IMG/VR virus record: IMGVR_UViG_3300014205_000218
Span: 5,880 to 69,879 of that record
DNA from: a virus
Taxonomy: Duplodnaviria; Caudoviricetes
Reading direction: 5' to 3' (one strand)
Length of the DNA: 64,000 nucleotides
Below the pieces are notes generated by a model. The model saw only the letters and a list, made by a program, of their open reading frames with translations, was not told the origin of the DNA and made no database searches. The translations under genes and the position numbers were made by a program. Below, piece by piece: positions 1 to 9,159 of the stretch. Numbering within the stretch: the first letter of the stretch is position 1; each line of letters opens with the position of its first letter.

Positions 1-64
1 GAATGGATGAAAAATCGGGTGAAAGCAAACAGTCCGATTCGAGGCGGGCTCAAATCCAGATATG

Positions 65-77
65 TAAGTTGTTGATT
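65..77 (-). promoter_or_regulatory. IHF-binding consensus site in the att arm
   Basis: Minus strand reads AATCAACAACTTA, an exact match to WATCAANNNNTTR, 13 bp from the tRNA CCA end. Confidence 0.6.
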
Positions 78-90
78 ATTTAAGAAAGAG

Positions 91-140
91 TGGTACGCCC
101 GAGAGGATTCGAACCTCTGACCTTTTGCTCCGGAGGCAAA
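91..140 (-). tRNA. 3' half only of tRNA-Arg(CCG); att core, not a functional tRNA
   Basis: Minus strand TTTGC-CTCCGGA-GCAAA (anticodon arm, CCG), AGGTC, AGAGG-TTCGAAT-CCTCT (T arm), CGGGCGTA-CCA. No D arm or 5' acceptor strand upstream. Confidence 0.9.
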
Positions 141-227
141 TGGTCCATCATTAATTGCCCTTTTGTTTCCAACAACTACGGCTGCTGGGTGATCAGTTGG
201 TGAACAGAATTTCAGCTTTTTCATGGT

Positions 228-1421
228 CTACATTACCTGCCTTGGCGCTTCGATCGTCACATCCAACAACCGCGATGTGACCTTTTCAAGACCCGTGCGG
301 ATGCGCGCCCGATCCTCATGGGTATATCTATCCGTCATATCTGCGCTCGCGTGCCCCATCGTCCTCTGCCGGTCGTAATCACTCATCCCTGCGAGCTTTG
401 TAAACGTGGCGTGTGTGTGCCGGAGAACGTGCCACGACATCCACGGCATTTCCAGCGAAGCGGCAACTGGCTTCAGGACCCGTTTTGCCAGATTGTCAGC
501 CGATTGCGGCGTACCGATTCCGGTCTGGAATACCGGCGCTTCGGGCCCGCGAACGCGGTTTGATTTCAGGAGTGACGTCACGGAATCCTCCAGGCGTGCC
601 GGCATCGGGATGTTCCGTTTCCGGCTCCCGGCCTTCAGGCTTCCGCGGCGCCCGTGATAAAGATGCTCCCGGACGGCTACCTCGTGCGGCGGAATGGCAT
701 CTGTCCCATCGAATATCAGTACTTGGTCCGTGGTGTTCAGGTGCTTCTCGCGGAGCCCGAGCATTTCGGATACGTTCATGCTCATCGTGATCGACATGAG
801 AGCCATGGTCCGCGCCGGGTCCGGGAGTCGCGTCAGGAGATTCTGGGCCTGTTCCCAAGTCAGGGACCGGACGGTGCGTACCGCTTCCACTGTGATAGGA
901 TCGACAGCCGCCGCCGGGTTATCCCCGCTCGCGAATCGCTTCAGTTTGGCGTGAGTAAAGATGGCTGAGGCGACTTTGACGATATGCTTCGCCGTTGCCG
1001 TGCTATTCCCGACCTTCAATGAGGCTGAGACTGCTTGGTCGATATGCTCCGGGGACCATTCCCACAGGCGGATCTTGCCGCTATTCGGCTCCAGCCATTT
1101 CCACAGACTGATGTACTGAATCTGGGTCGCGTACTTCCGCGATTTCCTCAGAAACGGCTCGTAGTGCTTCTCCCAGTACTCGCCCACTGTTAATGTCGAT
1201 ACCGGCTTATTGATGGACGAATTCAGCGGACGCAGATAATGATCATCCGCGAAGGATTGAGCCTGTTTCTTGCCTAGTTTTCCCGGCCCCTCGGCTGGAC
1301 CGAGTCGAACGGTTTCAATGTGCCCGTTTGGATGCTCTCGTGTGTAAACTCGATAACGCAGAAGCCAACTGCCAGACTTCTCGTATATGTGGCCTTTTTG
1401 AGTGCCACGGCGCCGTGCCAT
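228..1421 (-). CDS. int: Tyrosine recombinase (phage integrase); ORF open to 1484
   Basis: N-terminal arm-binding segment (GHIYEKSGSWLLRY), HVLRHTHAT and TMGHASADMTDRY catalytic motifs; adjacent to att core. Confidence 0.95.
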   Translation of the reverse strand: MARRRGTQKGHIYEKSGSWLLRYRVYTREHPNGHIETVRLGPAEGPGKLGKKQAQSFADDHYLRPLNSSINKPVSTLTVGEYWEKHYEPFLRKSRKYATQIQYISLWKWLEPNSGKIRLWEWSPEHIDQAVSASLKVGNSTATAKHIVKVASAIFTHAKLKRFASGDNPAAAVDPITVEAVRTVRSLTWEQAQNLLTRLPDPARTMALMSITMSMNVSEMLGLREKHLNTTDQVLIFDGTDAIPPHEVAVREHLYHGRRGSLKAGSRKRNIPMPARLEDSVTSLLKSNRVRGPEAPVFQTGIGTPQSADNLAKRVLKPVAASLEMPWMSWHVLRHTHATFTKLAGMSDYDRQRTMGHASADMTDRYTHEDRARIRTGLEKVTSRLLDVTIEAPRQVM

Positions 1422-1480
1422 GTTCGGTTCCTCCCTGAACATGGAGGATACTACCCGCCCACCCGGGTGCTGGGAGGTGG

Positions 1481-1855
1481 TCATCGGCCGTACTCGTCTG
1501 CCACCGAATTGAATAAATGCTTTAGCTGTATGATTTCCGGGTGATCGTACAGGCGGTTACGCCCGCCACAACTGGGGCAGATCCAGTTCCCTTCACCCTG
1601 GTTCCAGTAGTCTCCACCGGTGCATCCGTGTGGTTCCGTGTACCAATGTGTCTGGATGTACTCCAGTGAGTCTATGGGATGTTCGGCTCCACAGCCCTTA
1701 TTGATACCGCGGTTGCCGTTGATGTATCGACTGCATTTCACAAGAGTTTTGGCTAGTAGTTTCTTCTCTACCTCAAGCAACTTTTTCAATATTGCTTGAG
1801 ATTTGGCAATTCGATCCTGAGTGTGCTGCAGTTTACTGGTGGTCATCAAGCGCAC
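1481..1855 (-). CDS. Hypothetical protein with CxxC Zn-ribbon
   Basis: WICPSCGGRN motif; coupled within the leftward operon. Confidence 0.5.
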   Translation of the reverse strand: MRLMTTSKLQHTQDRIAKSQAILKKLLEVEKKLLAKTLVKCSRYINGNRGINKGCGAEHPIDSLEYIQTHWYTEPHGCTGGDYWNQGEGNWICPSCGGRNRLYDHPEIIQLKHLFNSVADEYGR

Positions 1856-2120
1856 TCCTGGGCGGGCTGTAGGGCGTCAGCGGGTGGCAATCTAAACTCT
1901 CTCCGGATCGCTACGGATACCATTTGAGCCGCCTGATTCCCCATCAACCTCTCGATGGCGTCCGCTATATCCGCGCATCGGGTTGCGGTTTCCATTCGTA
2001 CTGTAGAGATTGAATCCCGGGCTTCTCGCAGTGCTTCTTCGTGCCATTCAATGGTGTTAACGCACGGGCACCAACGATCCGACCGGCCGCCGCACTTCTC
2101 GCAATATTCGACTGCCTCGC

Positions 2121-2906
2121 TCATATGGTGGCCTCTGCTTGGAGGATGCGCTCCCCGATCCATTCCGCCACTTGAGGGACTACGGCGTTTCCGAAGGCTC
2201 CGTTGGCGGCATCCACCAGTTCTCTGGGAACCCCATTAATACTGCGAGCCATGACGGATTGACGTAGCCACCAGTCCGCAGAGCTTCCCTGATGAATTCC
2301 GGGCACCAACGCAACGAGCTCCCAATCTTTGCTCCCGATTTCCTTACACCGACCATCTCTTTCTGGAAACAGGTCTGGGCATCGGCCCTCATCATGTCCC
2401 CTCCGCGGAGAGATCCGATGCTCTTGTCTGGAGTAGGCAAATACCCAAACCCTGTCCCGTAGGTGAGGGGCACCAACGGAAGCCGCTGGTATACTTTCCC
2501 ATTGCGCATCGAACCCGAGCGCGAAAAGGTCTCCAAGTACTCGTCGCATTGGTTCGTTAGCAAGCAAACCTGAGACATTTTCAATGAGTACGAATTTGGG
2601 TCGAAGGAACCCAAGTAGCCTTGCGTATTCAGCCCATAATCCTGATCGTTCGCCGTCGATCCCTGCTCGTTTTCCAGCGCAACTGAGGTCTTGGCATGGG
2701 AATCCTCCCGCGATGACGTCAACACGCTCAAGTTCGTCCCCTGTGAGTTCACGGATATCTCCATACTTCTTCACATCCGGCCAATGCTTCTTTAAAACCT
2801 TCTGGCAGAAAGGGTCAATCTCGACCTGCCATTTACACGTCATCCCGGCCCGCTCTAAACCGAGATCCATCCCGCCGATACCAGAAAACAATGATCCGAA
2901 CGTCAT
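2121..2906 (-). CDS. dcm: C5-cytosine DNA methyltransferase, large (alpha) polypeptide lacking motif IX
   Basis: SLFSGIGG (I), GGFPCQD (IV), ENV (VI), RDRVW (VIII), FGNAVVPQV (X); no motif IX visible in this frame. Confidence 0.92.
   Translation of the reverse strand: MTFGSLFSGIGGMDLGLERAGMTCKWQVEIDPFCQKVLKKHWPDVKKYGDIRELTGDELERVDVIAGGFPCQDLSCAGKRAGIDGERSGLWAEYARLLGFLRPKFVLIENVSGLLANEPMRRVLGDLFALGFDAQWESIPAASVGAPHLRDRVWVFAYSRQEHRISPRRGHDEGRCPDLFPERDGRCKEIGSKDWELVALVPGIHQGSSADWWLRQSVMARSINGVPRELVDAANGAFGNAVVPQVAEWIGERILQAEATI
2180..2764 (-). CDS. Nested alternative-frame ORF: putative beta polypeptide of the C5 methyltransferase
   Basis: 194-aa ORF entirely inside dcm on the same strand; ends with VNPSWLAVLMGFPENWW, resembling motif IX. 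Confidence 0.7.
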   Translation of the reverse strand: MEISVNSQGTNLSVLTSSREDSHAKTSVALENEQGSTANDQDYGLNTQGYLGSFDPNSYSLKMSQVCLLTNQCDEYLETFSRSGSMRNGKVYQRLPLVPLTYGTGFGYLPTPDKSIGSLRGGDMMRADAQTCFQKEMVGVRKSGAKIGSSLRWCPEFIREALRTGGYVNPSWLAVLMGFPENWWMPPTEPSETP

Positions 2907-3172
2907 CCCACGCGCTCCAAATTCACCCCATCGGCATACAGCTCAACCCCGGCATCCCAACGCACGGTGTAACCACGGAGTACGCCGACGGCAATCACGG
3001 TTCCGGTTCCCCGGCTCCCATGGCGGAAGCGCACGCGGTCGTTGACGGCGAAGCGCGGTTCATCCTTGGCGCTGTACATTCCCTTGCGTGGGAGCGTACG
3101 AACGGGCTTGACGTTGGCGTGCCTCATTTGGTTGGCTCCTCCGCCATAATCAACACCTGCTCCCCAATCCAA
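2903..3172 (-). CDS. Small hypothetical protein (SH3-like beta barrel; start uncertain)
   Basis: FAVNDRVRF...GTGTVIAV...YTVRWD pattern. Confidence 0.4.
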   Translation of the reverse strand: MDWGAGVDYGGGANQMRHANVKPVRTLPRKGMYSAKDEPRFAVNDRVRFRHGSRGTGTVIAVGVLRGYTVRWDAGVELYADGVNLERVG

Positions 3173-3450
3173 TCTGAGGCTCCGAGAATCGCTCCCTCGT
3201 CACCGGCGATGGCCGCATCGCGGCATAGCGCGGCTTCCGTGACGCACTTCTCCACGTCTTCCTGTTTCGCCGCTTTCTTCATTGCCGCCCGCGCTCCTGT
3301 CCACAGCGCCGAATACGCCGCCTGGTGATCTTTGCAGCAGATTTGCGATGGGGAATGCGGGGTGAACGTGTTCGCGCACCGGATTCCGTGAATGCGGCCC
3401 CGCTCTCGCCAGATGCAGCGGCGGAGGGGCTTGAGGCTAGGCAGGTTCAT
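3124..3450 (-). CDS. Hypothetical protein (MNLPSLKPLRRC...)
   Basis: ATG at 3450 overlaps the end of the upstream MTase; GGAGG RBS present. Confidence 0.55.
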   Translation of the reverse strand: MNLPSLKPLRRCIWRERGRIHGIRCANTFTPHSPSQICCKDHQAAYSALWTGARAAMKKAAKQEDVEKCVTEAALCRDAAIAGDEGAILGASDWIGEQVLIMAEEPTK

Positions 3451-3461
3451 GGGTTGCCTCC
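3389..3461. repeat. 73-bp direct repeat, copy 1
   Basis: Identical to 4133-4205 (TGAATGCGGCCCCG...GGGTTGCCTCC). Confidence 0.95.
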
Positions 3462-4120
3462 GGGGATGAGAAGTCGAGTATTTCTTGGCTGAGTCGCTTG
3501 GCTGCAGATTCACAGTAGGATTCATCCATTTCAACGCCAATCGCAGACAACCCAAGGGCCTTGGCAGCAACCAGTGTTGTTCCTGATCCCATGAATGGAT
3601 CTAATAGCGTCTTACATTCTTTTGGGGCCTGAGATATGACCCACTTCATGACCGCAAGGGGCTTCTGTGTCGGATGACAGCGATACTCTTTATTAGACAT
3701 ATCCTCCTGGAGCATTCCAGCCCATCTCCACTGAATCCTCCTCACGGCTTTAGGGAAATTCGTCCAAGCCAACTCGCAATCCGCAAAATCACTCTCCCCG
3801 TTGACCTTGTCCCAAACGAGCCAGCATGAAGAGGGAGGAAGGGAAAAGTAATTCCCTCCAAAGAACACTTGGTACTTACTCATGGATCTGATCAACTCGA
3901 TCAGCCAACTAGGCGGAGGGGAGTTATCCCAATCCGATATGCCATAATCCTTGGAAACTGCTAATCGGCCGCGACTCTTGTTCTTGCCCCTTGCTTCCCC
4001 TATTCCATATGGCGGATCGGTAATCACTAGATCAACCGTTCCCAACTGGGGAACAATCACTCGGCAATCCCCGTGATAGATCACAATCCCAGACTTTGAA
4101 TCTTCGTAATACGGCTTCAT
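3437..4120 (-). CDS. N6-adenine/N4-cytosine DNA methyltransferase (beta class)
   Basis: DLVITDPPY precedes HPTQKP and LLDPFMGSGTT. Confidence 0.93.
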   Translation of the reverse strand: MKPYYEDSKSGIVIYHGDCRVIVPQLGTVDLVITDPPYGIGEARGKNKSRGRLAVSKDYGISDWDNSPPPSWLIELIRSMSKYQVFFGGNYFSLPPSSCWLVWDKVNGESDFADCELAWTNFPKAVRRIQWRWAGMLQEDMSNKEYRCHPTQKPLAVMKWVISQAPKECKTLLDPFMGSGTTLVAAKALGLSAIGVEMDESYCESAAKRLSQEILDFSSPEATHEPA

Positions 4121-4132
4121 CTCTGCGCCACC

Positions 4133-4205
4133 TGAATGCGGCCCCGCTCTCGCCAGATGCAGCGGCGGAGGGGCTTGAGGCTAGGCAGGTTCATGGGTTG
4201 CCTCC
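4133..4205. repeat. 73-bp direct repeat, copy 2
   Basis: Identical to 3389-3461; offset 744 bp. Confidence 0.95.
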
Positions 4206-5095
4206 CCATCGAAGAACCCAGCAAATAGCGATTCCTGCGGCTTTAAGCAATGAGGGCTAAACCAGATTCGTTCACGGTCAGAATTCTCTCTGCCACGTCC
4301 ATCACTTTGCGATCCGTACCCGCCGCGAGCCTTCCACGCAATACATTCCCAGGACGCTGGCATCGCATGTTCCCCGTCGTAGCCACAAAGAGCGATTCTG
4401 AGTTGTGGATTGTCTCCGTTCTTGATTGCCCATGCGGCAACTGAAGCAGATAACCCTTTCTCGGTTGAGTACTCAATTTCATAGCAGTCACTCTCATAGG
4501 GAGGGTCCAGAAAGACTCCCGTCGTCGCGATGTTTGTAGTGCGGCTCTCTGAGACGGCCCTGATCCAGTCGCCGCACAGTACGTTTACCCGTGATAGCCG
4601 CGCGGATATCTTCATGAATGCCAGCGGTATATCCTCTGCGGCCCTGAATCCGCGCACTGAAAGATTCCCCGCTGGTTGTTGAGGGGTTCTCCTCAGAAAC
4701 GCTTCGCCGATGGTCGAGCAAATACCGTGAGCCCACCAGCCAGCAATTCGACAATCGTAAAACTCGGGGTCCGACCTTAGCCTTTCAATAAACTCTGGTT
4801 GCTGCAGTAGCCAAGCGTGACGGGCCGCTAAGTCAACTTCGTTGACGGGCCAATCCGCCCATACTGCAGTCACGGACGGGTTGAATTGGATAGCCCTCCA
4901 AAAGTTTGACAGGAAGGCATCCTTGTCGTTAACCGTCTCGATGCCCGGGTCATGAGGACGATTCAGTAGCACGGCCCCACTGCCGAAGAAAGGTTCGCAA
5001 TAGTTCGGAACATCTCCGAAGCGGTCCCAGACGAGATGAGCAACCTTGCTCTTGCCGCCGAACCAAGGAAACGGCGCCTTCAATGGCTCACTCAT
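4181..5095 (-). CDS. Dam-like (D12 class) N6-adenine DNA methyltransferase
   Basis: PFPWFGGKS, YCEPFFGSGAV and VFLDPPY motifs. Confidence 0.9.
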   Translation of the reverse strand: MSEPLKAPFPWFGGKSKVAHLVWDRFGDVPNYCEPFFGSGAVLLNRPHDPGIETVNDKDAFLSNFWRAIQFNPSVTAVWADWPVNEVDLAARHAWLLQQPEFIERLRSDPEFYDCRIAGWWAHGICSTIGEAFLRRTPQQPAGNLSVRGFRAAEDIPLAFMKISARLSRVNVLCGDWIRAVSESRTTNIATTGVFLDPPYESDCYEIEYSTEKGLSASVAAWAIKNGDNPQLRIALCGYDGEHAMPASWECIAWKARGGYGSQSDGRGRENSDRERIWFSPHCLKPQESLFAGFFDGEATHEPA

Positions 5096-5138
5096 CTCTG
5101 CGCTACCTGCACCTTCGCCGCGAGGAAATCCTGGTAGG

Positions 5139-5765
5139 TCATTGGGCAAGCTCCAGCGGGATGCGCTCAAATGAAATAACCCACACCCACGGGTTGCGTG
5201 CATATGAGTCTTTCCCATTTATCTCGTCCCACAGCATCATGTATTCGAACTTTGCGGTGAAAGAACCTCCCGCCAACGCTTTGGCTATCGCCCCTGGTAG
5301 GCCTGGCAAGCCAGACGCATCCTCAGCAGTAATAGGTGATTCCTGGCAACCTTCCGCAATCGCGTCCTCTTCCGAGATATCGTTCAGCCGCTCGATCCTG
5401 GCGTCTGTGATCTGCAGGGTGATTCGAGATGCCCATCGCGGCATGAAGATCGATGGCTTCCACCCGGAGTTCGGGCTGTCCGAGTAATCCCAACCATCCG
5501 CACAATAGTGGACCGTATCTTTCGATTCGGCCATAAACGTCTCGCGAACCCACAGTCGATCTCCCGGCCTTCCATATGGGCAGCAATCCCGCGCGTACTG
5601 CTTGGAATTCCGCCACAGGTCCGCCCTGGAATCACGCCAGGACGCATCCATACTGGTCTCGATTTGCGGCTGGGGCTTAACGATTCTCCTGGTCTGCGTT
5701 TTTGTGCCGCCAAGGATCGCCAGAACCATCGGTTTAGAAAACAATATCGGTCGCTCCTTAGCCAC
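5139..5765 (-). CDS. ASCH/PUA-like phage protein
   Basis: ERPILFSKPMVLAILGGTKTQTRR...PGDRLWVRE...WKPSIFMPRWASRI...NPWVWVISF, a common phage ASCH-like family. Confidence 0.75.
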   Translation of the reverse strand: MAKERPILFSKPMVLAILGGTKTQTRRIVKPQPQIETSMDASWRDSRADLWRNSKQYARDCCPYGRPGDRLWVRETFMAESKDTVHYCADGWDYSDSPNSGWKPSIFMPRWASRITLQITDARIERLNDISEEDAIAEGCQESPITAEDASGLPGLPGAIAKALAGGSFTAKFEYMMLWDEINGKDSYARNPWVWVISFERIPLELAQ

Positions 5766-6028
5766 CCATCCCTCCCTCGTCTTCCCAGCGCATGATTGCG
5801 TGTATGTATTCCTGCCGGCGGTTGTAGGCTGCGTGGAGGCGTTCAATGAACTCGGCCTGGGCCTGCTCTTCGGCTTGGGTGAAGCGGTGACCGTCGGTCA
5901 TGAGCACGACTCGCGTCTTCACGGCTTCCAGCCTCCATCCATGTAGTGCTTCACGACCTTCGGGTCAACGGCATAGAACCAGCCGCATTTATATGCGATC
6001 CACACAACGGCGTATCTGAGCCTGCGAA

Positions 6029-6475
6029 TCACGGCTTCGGCTCCTCAGTTGTGGCAGCTAGAAACTCCAATGCCCCTGCGTATTTCTCGCGAAAGTGAGC
6101 CTGTTTATGGAGGGGTAGTTTACTTAGTCGCTCAGGATCTAAGTTGTCCCTGATATCAGCCGCCTTAACCACAACTGCAATCGCGTTATCCCGGCAGCGA
6201 GCGAGGAAGTCGGTGTAGCTCTCGCCCAACCGCCTTGTTAGAGCGTCAACCGCTGAAGCGACGGCAGGACCAAACTGCTCTTCGATCTGGCTCCACGTCA
6301 CATCGGTGTCTTCCACCACGTCGTGAAGGAGCGCCACAATAGCGAATTCATCCCCGTGCACCTTGCACCCATCAGCCACTCTTACGGGATGGTCGATATA
6401 CGGGCCACCTCCCTGGTCCTCTTGACCGGCATGAGCGCCTACCGCTAGCTTCAAGGCCTTCATGATTTGGTTCAT
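6029..6475 (-). CDS. HD-domain hydrolase of RelA/SpoT (Mesh1-like) type
   Basis: AHAGQED...PYIDHP...ALLHDVVEDT...VKAADIRDN; GGAG before ATG 6475 (frame is open further upstream). Confidence 0.8.
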   Translation of the reverse strand: MNQIMKALKLAVGAHAGQEDQGGGPYIDHPVRVADGCKVHGDEFAIVALLHDVVEDTDVTWSQIEEQFGPAVASAVDALTRRLGESYTDFLARCRDNAIAVVVKAADIRDNLDPERLSKLPLHKQAHFREKYAGALEFLAATTEEPKP

Positions 6476-6653
6476 TTCGGCTCCTTGTGGTGGATGTGGA
6501 TTGCTCCCTTCGAGAGGATGCACGCCAGACACGGGCTGACATTGCGCCGCATACAGTACGGCTTGCTCCGCGAGCAGTACTTTGGCGAGCTGGTGCGGAT
6601 CGTCAAACTTGAACTTTTCAGGGTCCGCCTGCCGGAACCCGAGCGGATTCGCT

Positions 6654-7040
6654 TTATCGTTCTGCATTCGCGGCCTCCTTAGCCAACTTCCTACGCCGAT
6701 ACTCTTCCCGCTTCCGCGCCGACTCCTGCTCCCGATAATCGGGATTCGCTTCGTATTGCTCCCGCTTTCGCTCGAACACGCAAGCACAGCAGTAGTTGAT
6801 ATAGCCGTCAGCCATCCTGGAGTTGGAGTAGTAGCGGTTTGGCCCGATACCACATCGTTTACATTCCTTGTCCACCACAGCGCCTCGGTTGCGATGTTTA
6901 CGTCGCTGTATAGGCGCTGGTATATCGGCTGATTTAATTTCCCTACGTGCCAACTTGTCTCGCTCCGGGTCCATGCCACAGAGCGTCCATGGCATTGGGA
7001 TACGGGTTGCGATGGCTCCGTGGATTTCGATGGCGCTCAT
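6654..7040 (-). CDS. Hypothetical protein with paired CxxC motifs
   Basis: CKRC...CCAC followed by a charged helix. Confidence 0.5.
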   Translation of the reverse strand: MSAIEIHGAIATRIPMPWTLCGMDPERDKLARREIKSADIPAPIQRRKHRNRGAVVDKECKRCGIGPNRYYSNSRMADGYINYCCACVFERKREQYEANPDYREQESARKREEYRRRKLAKEAANAER

Positions 7041-7889
7041 CGCGATGCCCTCAGTAACGCACCGGCTAGCCCGGCAAGGCCAACCATCATGATCCAAACC
7101 ACTAGCCATACTTCGTTCTCGGTGTTAGCAGGATGTATCGGCTTACCGGGAAACTCACGAATCGATTGGCGCATGGTCTCCTTGTATGCCGGGGTATCCT
7201 CTTCGCTGTCGATCCCAAATGCGCGGAGAAGTAGTTCATCTTGGTCGGTGAACATCTATCCCTCCACCTGCCCAAGCAACTCCCGTTGCTGGCGCTCCAC
7301 CGCCAAGTGGCGCGTTCTCATGCGTTGCGCCGCGCGGTTCAATAGCCGCGAGATCCATTCGGCGCTCGTCATGATGAAAATTGCAGTGCGGTCTATAGAA
7401 TTCGGCAAGCCACGGTCTACCACGACAAGCAAGAAAATGCAGGCCGCTAGGATGCCAAGGCTGGTTAGTGTGGTGTTCATTTGATTTTCTCCTCCGATGT
7501 TTTGCTTCTAACGGGCCACCCATCTCTAAGTGGCCCTCCCTGACCAATGCGCCATTGCCCCCAATAGCGTTCGTCAGATACCGTGAAACCTTCGATGCTT
7601 CGGGTGGCCGCTGATCCAAGTGACGTGTCGGGCATCGCTTGATGGAGTGGATCTAGCGGCCGCCGGAAGCAGCCATTGCTGGCTGTATCCCGGTTTTTCG
7701 TCCTACGGTCCTTTTCATGTTTTGGATTCTGGTTTTAAGGATTTCCAGTGTCCTTTCTCGTGATGATTCGGGAGGCGATACATGCCCAGACCTACCGCCA
7801 CCGGAAGCATCACTGCTCCCGGAGATTTCCAACATACTGGCGAAATTAAGCGTTCAGATTCGCTACCTCCTTTTCATGTATTCCGGTAT

Positions 7890-8100
7890 TTAAGGCTTTC
7901 CGGTGGCCTTTACCTTCACGGAAAAAATAGGGCCAGACTGCATGAGGTCCAGCCCTTGTAAGATCCCGGCTTGTTTCCCGAACCGGGATTCGCTCCGCTA
8001 AGCGAGGCCACCGCTAGGAGGCGCCGACATGCACGTCGGAGTAAGCGCCCATGTCGGCAACGGTGGCCTTGCTGAGCGGGCTCGGCGGCAAATACCGAGC
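7890..8100 (-). ncRNA. Candidate structured RNA / leader (tandem and nested hairpins)
   Basis: 7995-8013 pairs with 8061-8079; 8023-8031 pairs with 8050-8058; flanking hairpins 7963-7989 and 8080-8100; no credible ORF. Confidence 0.45.
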
Positions 8101-8692
8101 CTCGCTGATTTGCTCAGTCGCAGGGTCCGATCAGTGTGATTGGCGTGGGTTCGGAATCCGTTAACGCCGCCGATCCTTCCTTCCCAAGAACTACTTCATG
8201 CATCACTTGAAGCCCTTCCAATACGCCCTCACGTTGCTCCCGTGTCATGCGTGCGAATAATTCCATGTAACTGCGCCGGATGTACTCTGTTGTGGGTTTG
8301 GCCATTGGGTTATGCCGTCACGTTCTGATTTGAAAAGAGGCCCGCGAATCTCGACGCCTTCTCAGTAGGGACGGATTTCATGATTGGCTTCAGCCGAAAG
8401 CCATCGGTGTGGTCAATAGCATGAATTTCGCACCATTGACCCTTGACCTTATTCGGCGCATACCGCCAGAACCCTTCAGTTCTGAGTATTTCCAGTGGGA
8501 CGCCTAGCGCCATCAAATCCTCGGTGTTCCTCTCTCTGGCTTCTTCGGTCAGCCATAGAGTGTGATGGATAACGGGCTCGTACTTCGCGTTTAAGACGAG
8601 CAGCAGTCCGTCGTTGCCATCCTCATGTACAAAAGAGGAATCGACTACCTCTGCCGGGAATAAATATCTTGTGTTGGTCATATACTCAGGCC

Positions 8693-9142
8693 CTAGAACG
8701 GTACGTCGTCGTCCGATACCGCAGCCGCCACAGGCTGAGTTGCTCGCTGCGGCGCAGACGCCGATCGACCAGTGCTGTCCGTGGGGCAATAGTCCACGAT
8801 CTGGCTTTTGTCGGAATATCCGTTCTTGCCTTTTTGGGTATCAACCTTGCATTTCCCCATCCGGCCTTCGCAATCATCGGCGGTCAACTCGCCGCGCTCG
8901 TACTGAGCCGTGAGGCCGTGCGCCTGGCAGAAATGCTTCAACTTCTCCGGCATGGCGTCAAGAAGGTAGTCCGTGAATGTCCGCGTCGATTCACCAACGT
9001 AAAGAACGACCTTCATTTCGATCATGTCGTTCCCGGACTTACTGACTTTCTCGAATGCAGCGGATACTTCGTAGTCGTATTCGCCCTTCGGAAGCAACTT
9101 CGCTTCAGCAAGTTCTTGGTCTGTTTTTGGTTCAAATCTCAT
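8693..9142 (-). CDS. DUF669-like single-stranded DNA-binding protein
   Basis: LLPKGEYDYEV...SKSGNDMI pattern, acidic DDDVPF tail, directly downstream of the recombination ATPase. Confidence 0.7.
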   Translation of the reverse strand: MRFEPKTDQELAEAKLLPKGEYDYEVSAAFEKVSKSGNDMIEMKVVLYVGESTRTFTDYLLDAMPEKLKHFCQAHGLTAQYERGELTADDCEGRMGKCKVDTQKGKNGYSDKSQIVDYCPTDSTGRSASAPQRATQPVAAAVSDDDVPF

Positions 9143-9159
9143 ATAAAAATCCTCCGTGG

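Noticed and set aside
91-140. Functional tRNA gene
   Set aside because: The 5' half (acceptor 5' strand and D arm) is missing.
3436-3447. GGCTAGGCAGG inside the 73-bp repeat resembling the array junction
   Set aside because: Only about 11 nt, within coding sequence, with no pentamer run; probably chance in GC-rich DNA.
6476-6979. N-terminal extension making a 316-aa HD protein
   Set aside because: It overlaps the same-strand Cys-motif gene; the RBS and HD homology begin near 6475.
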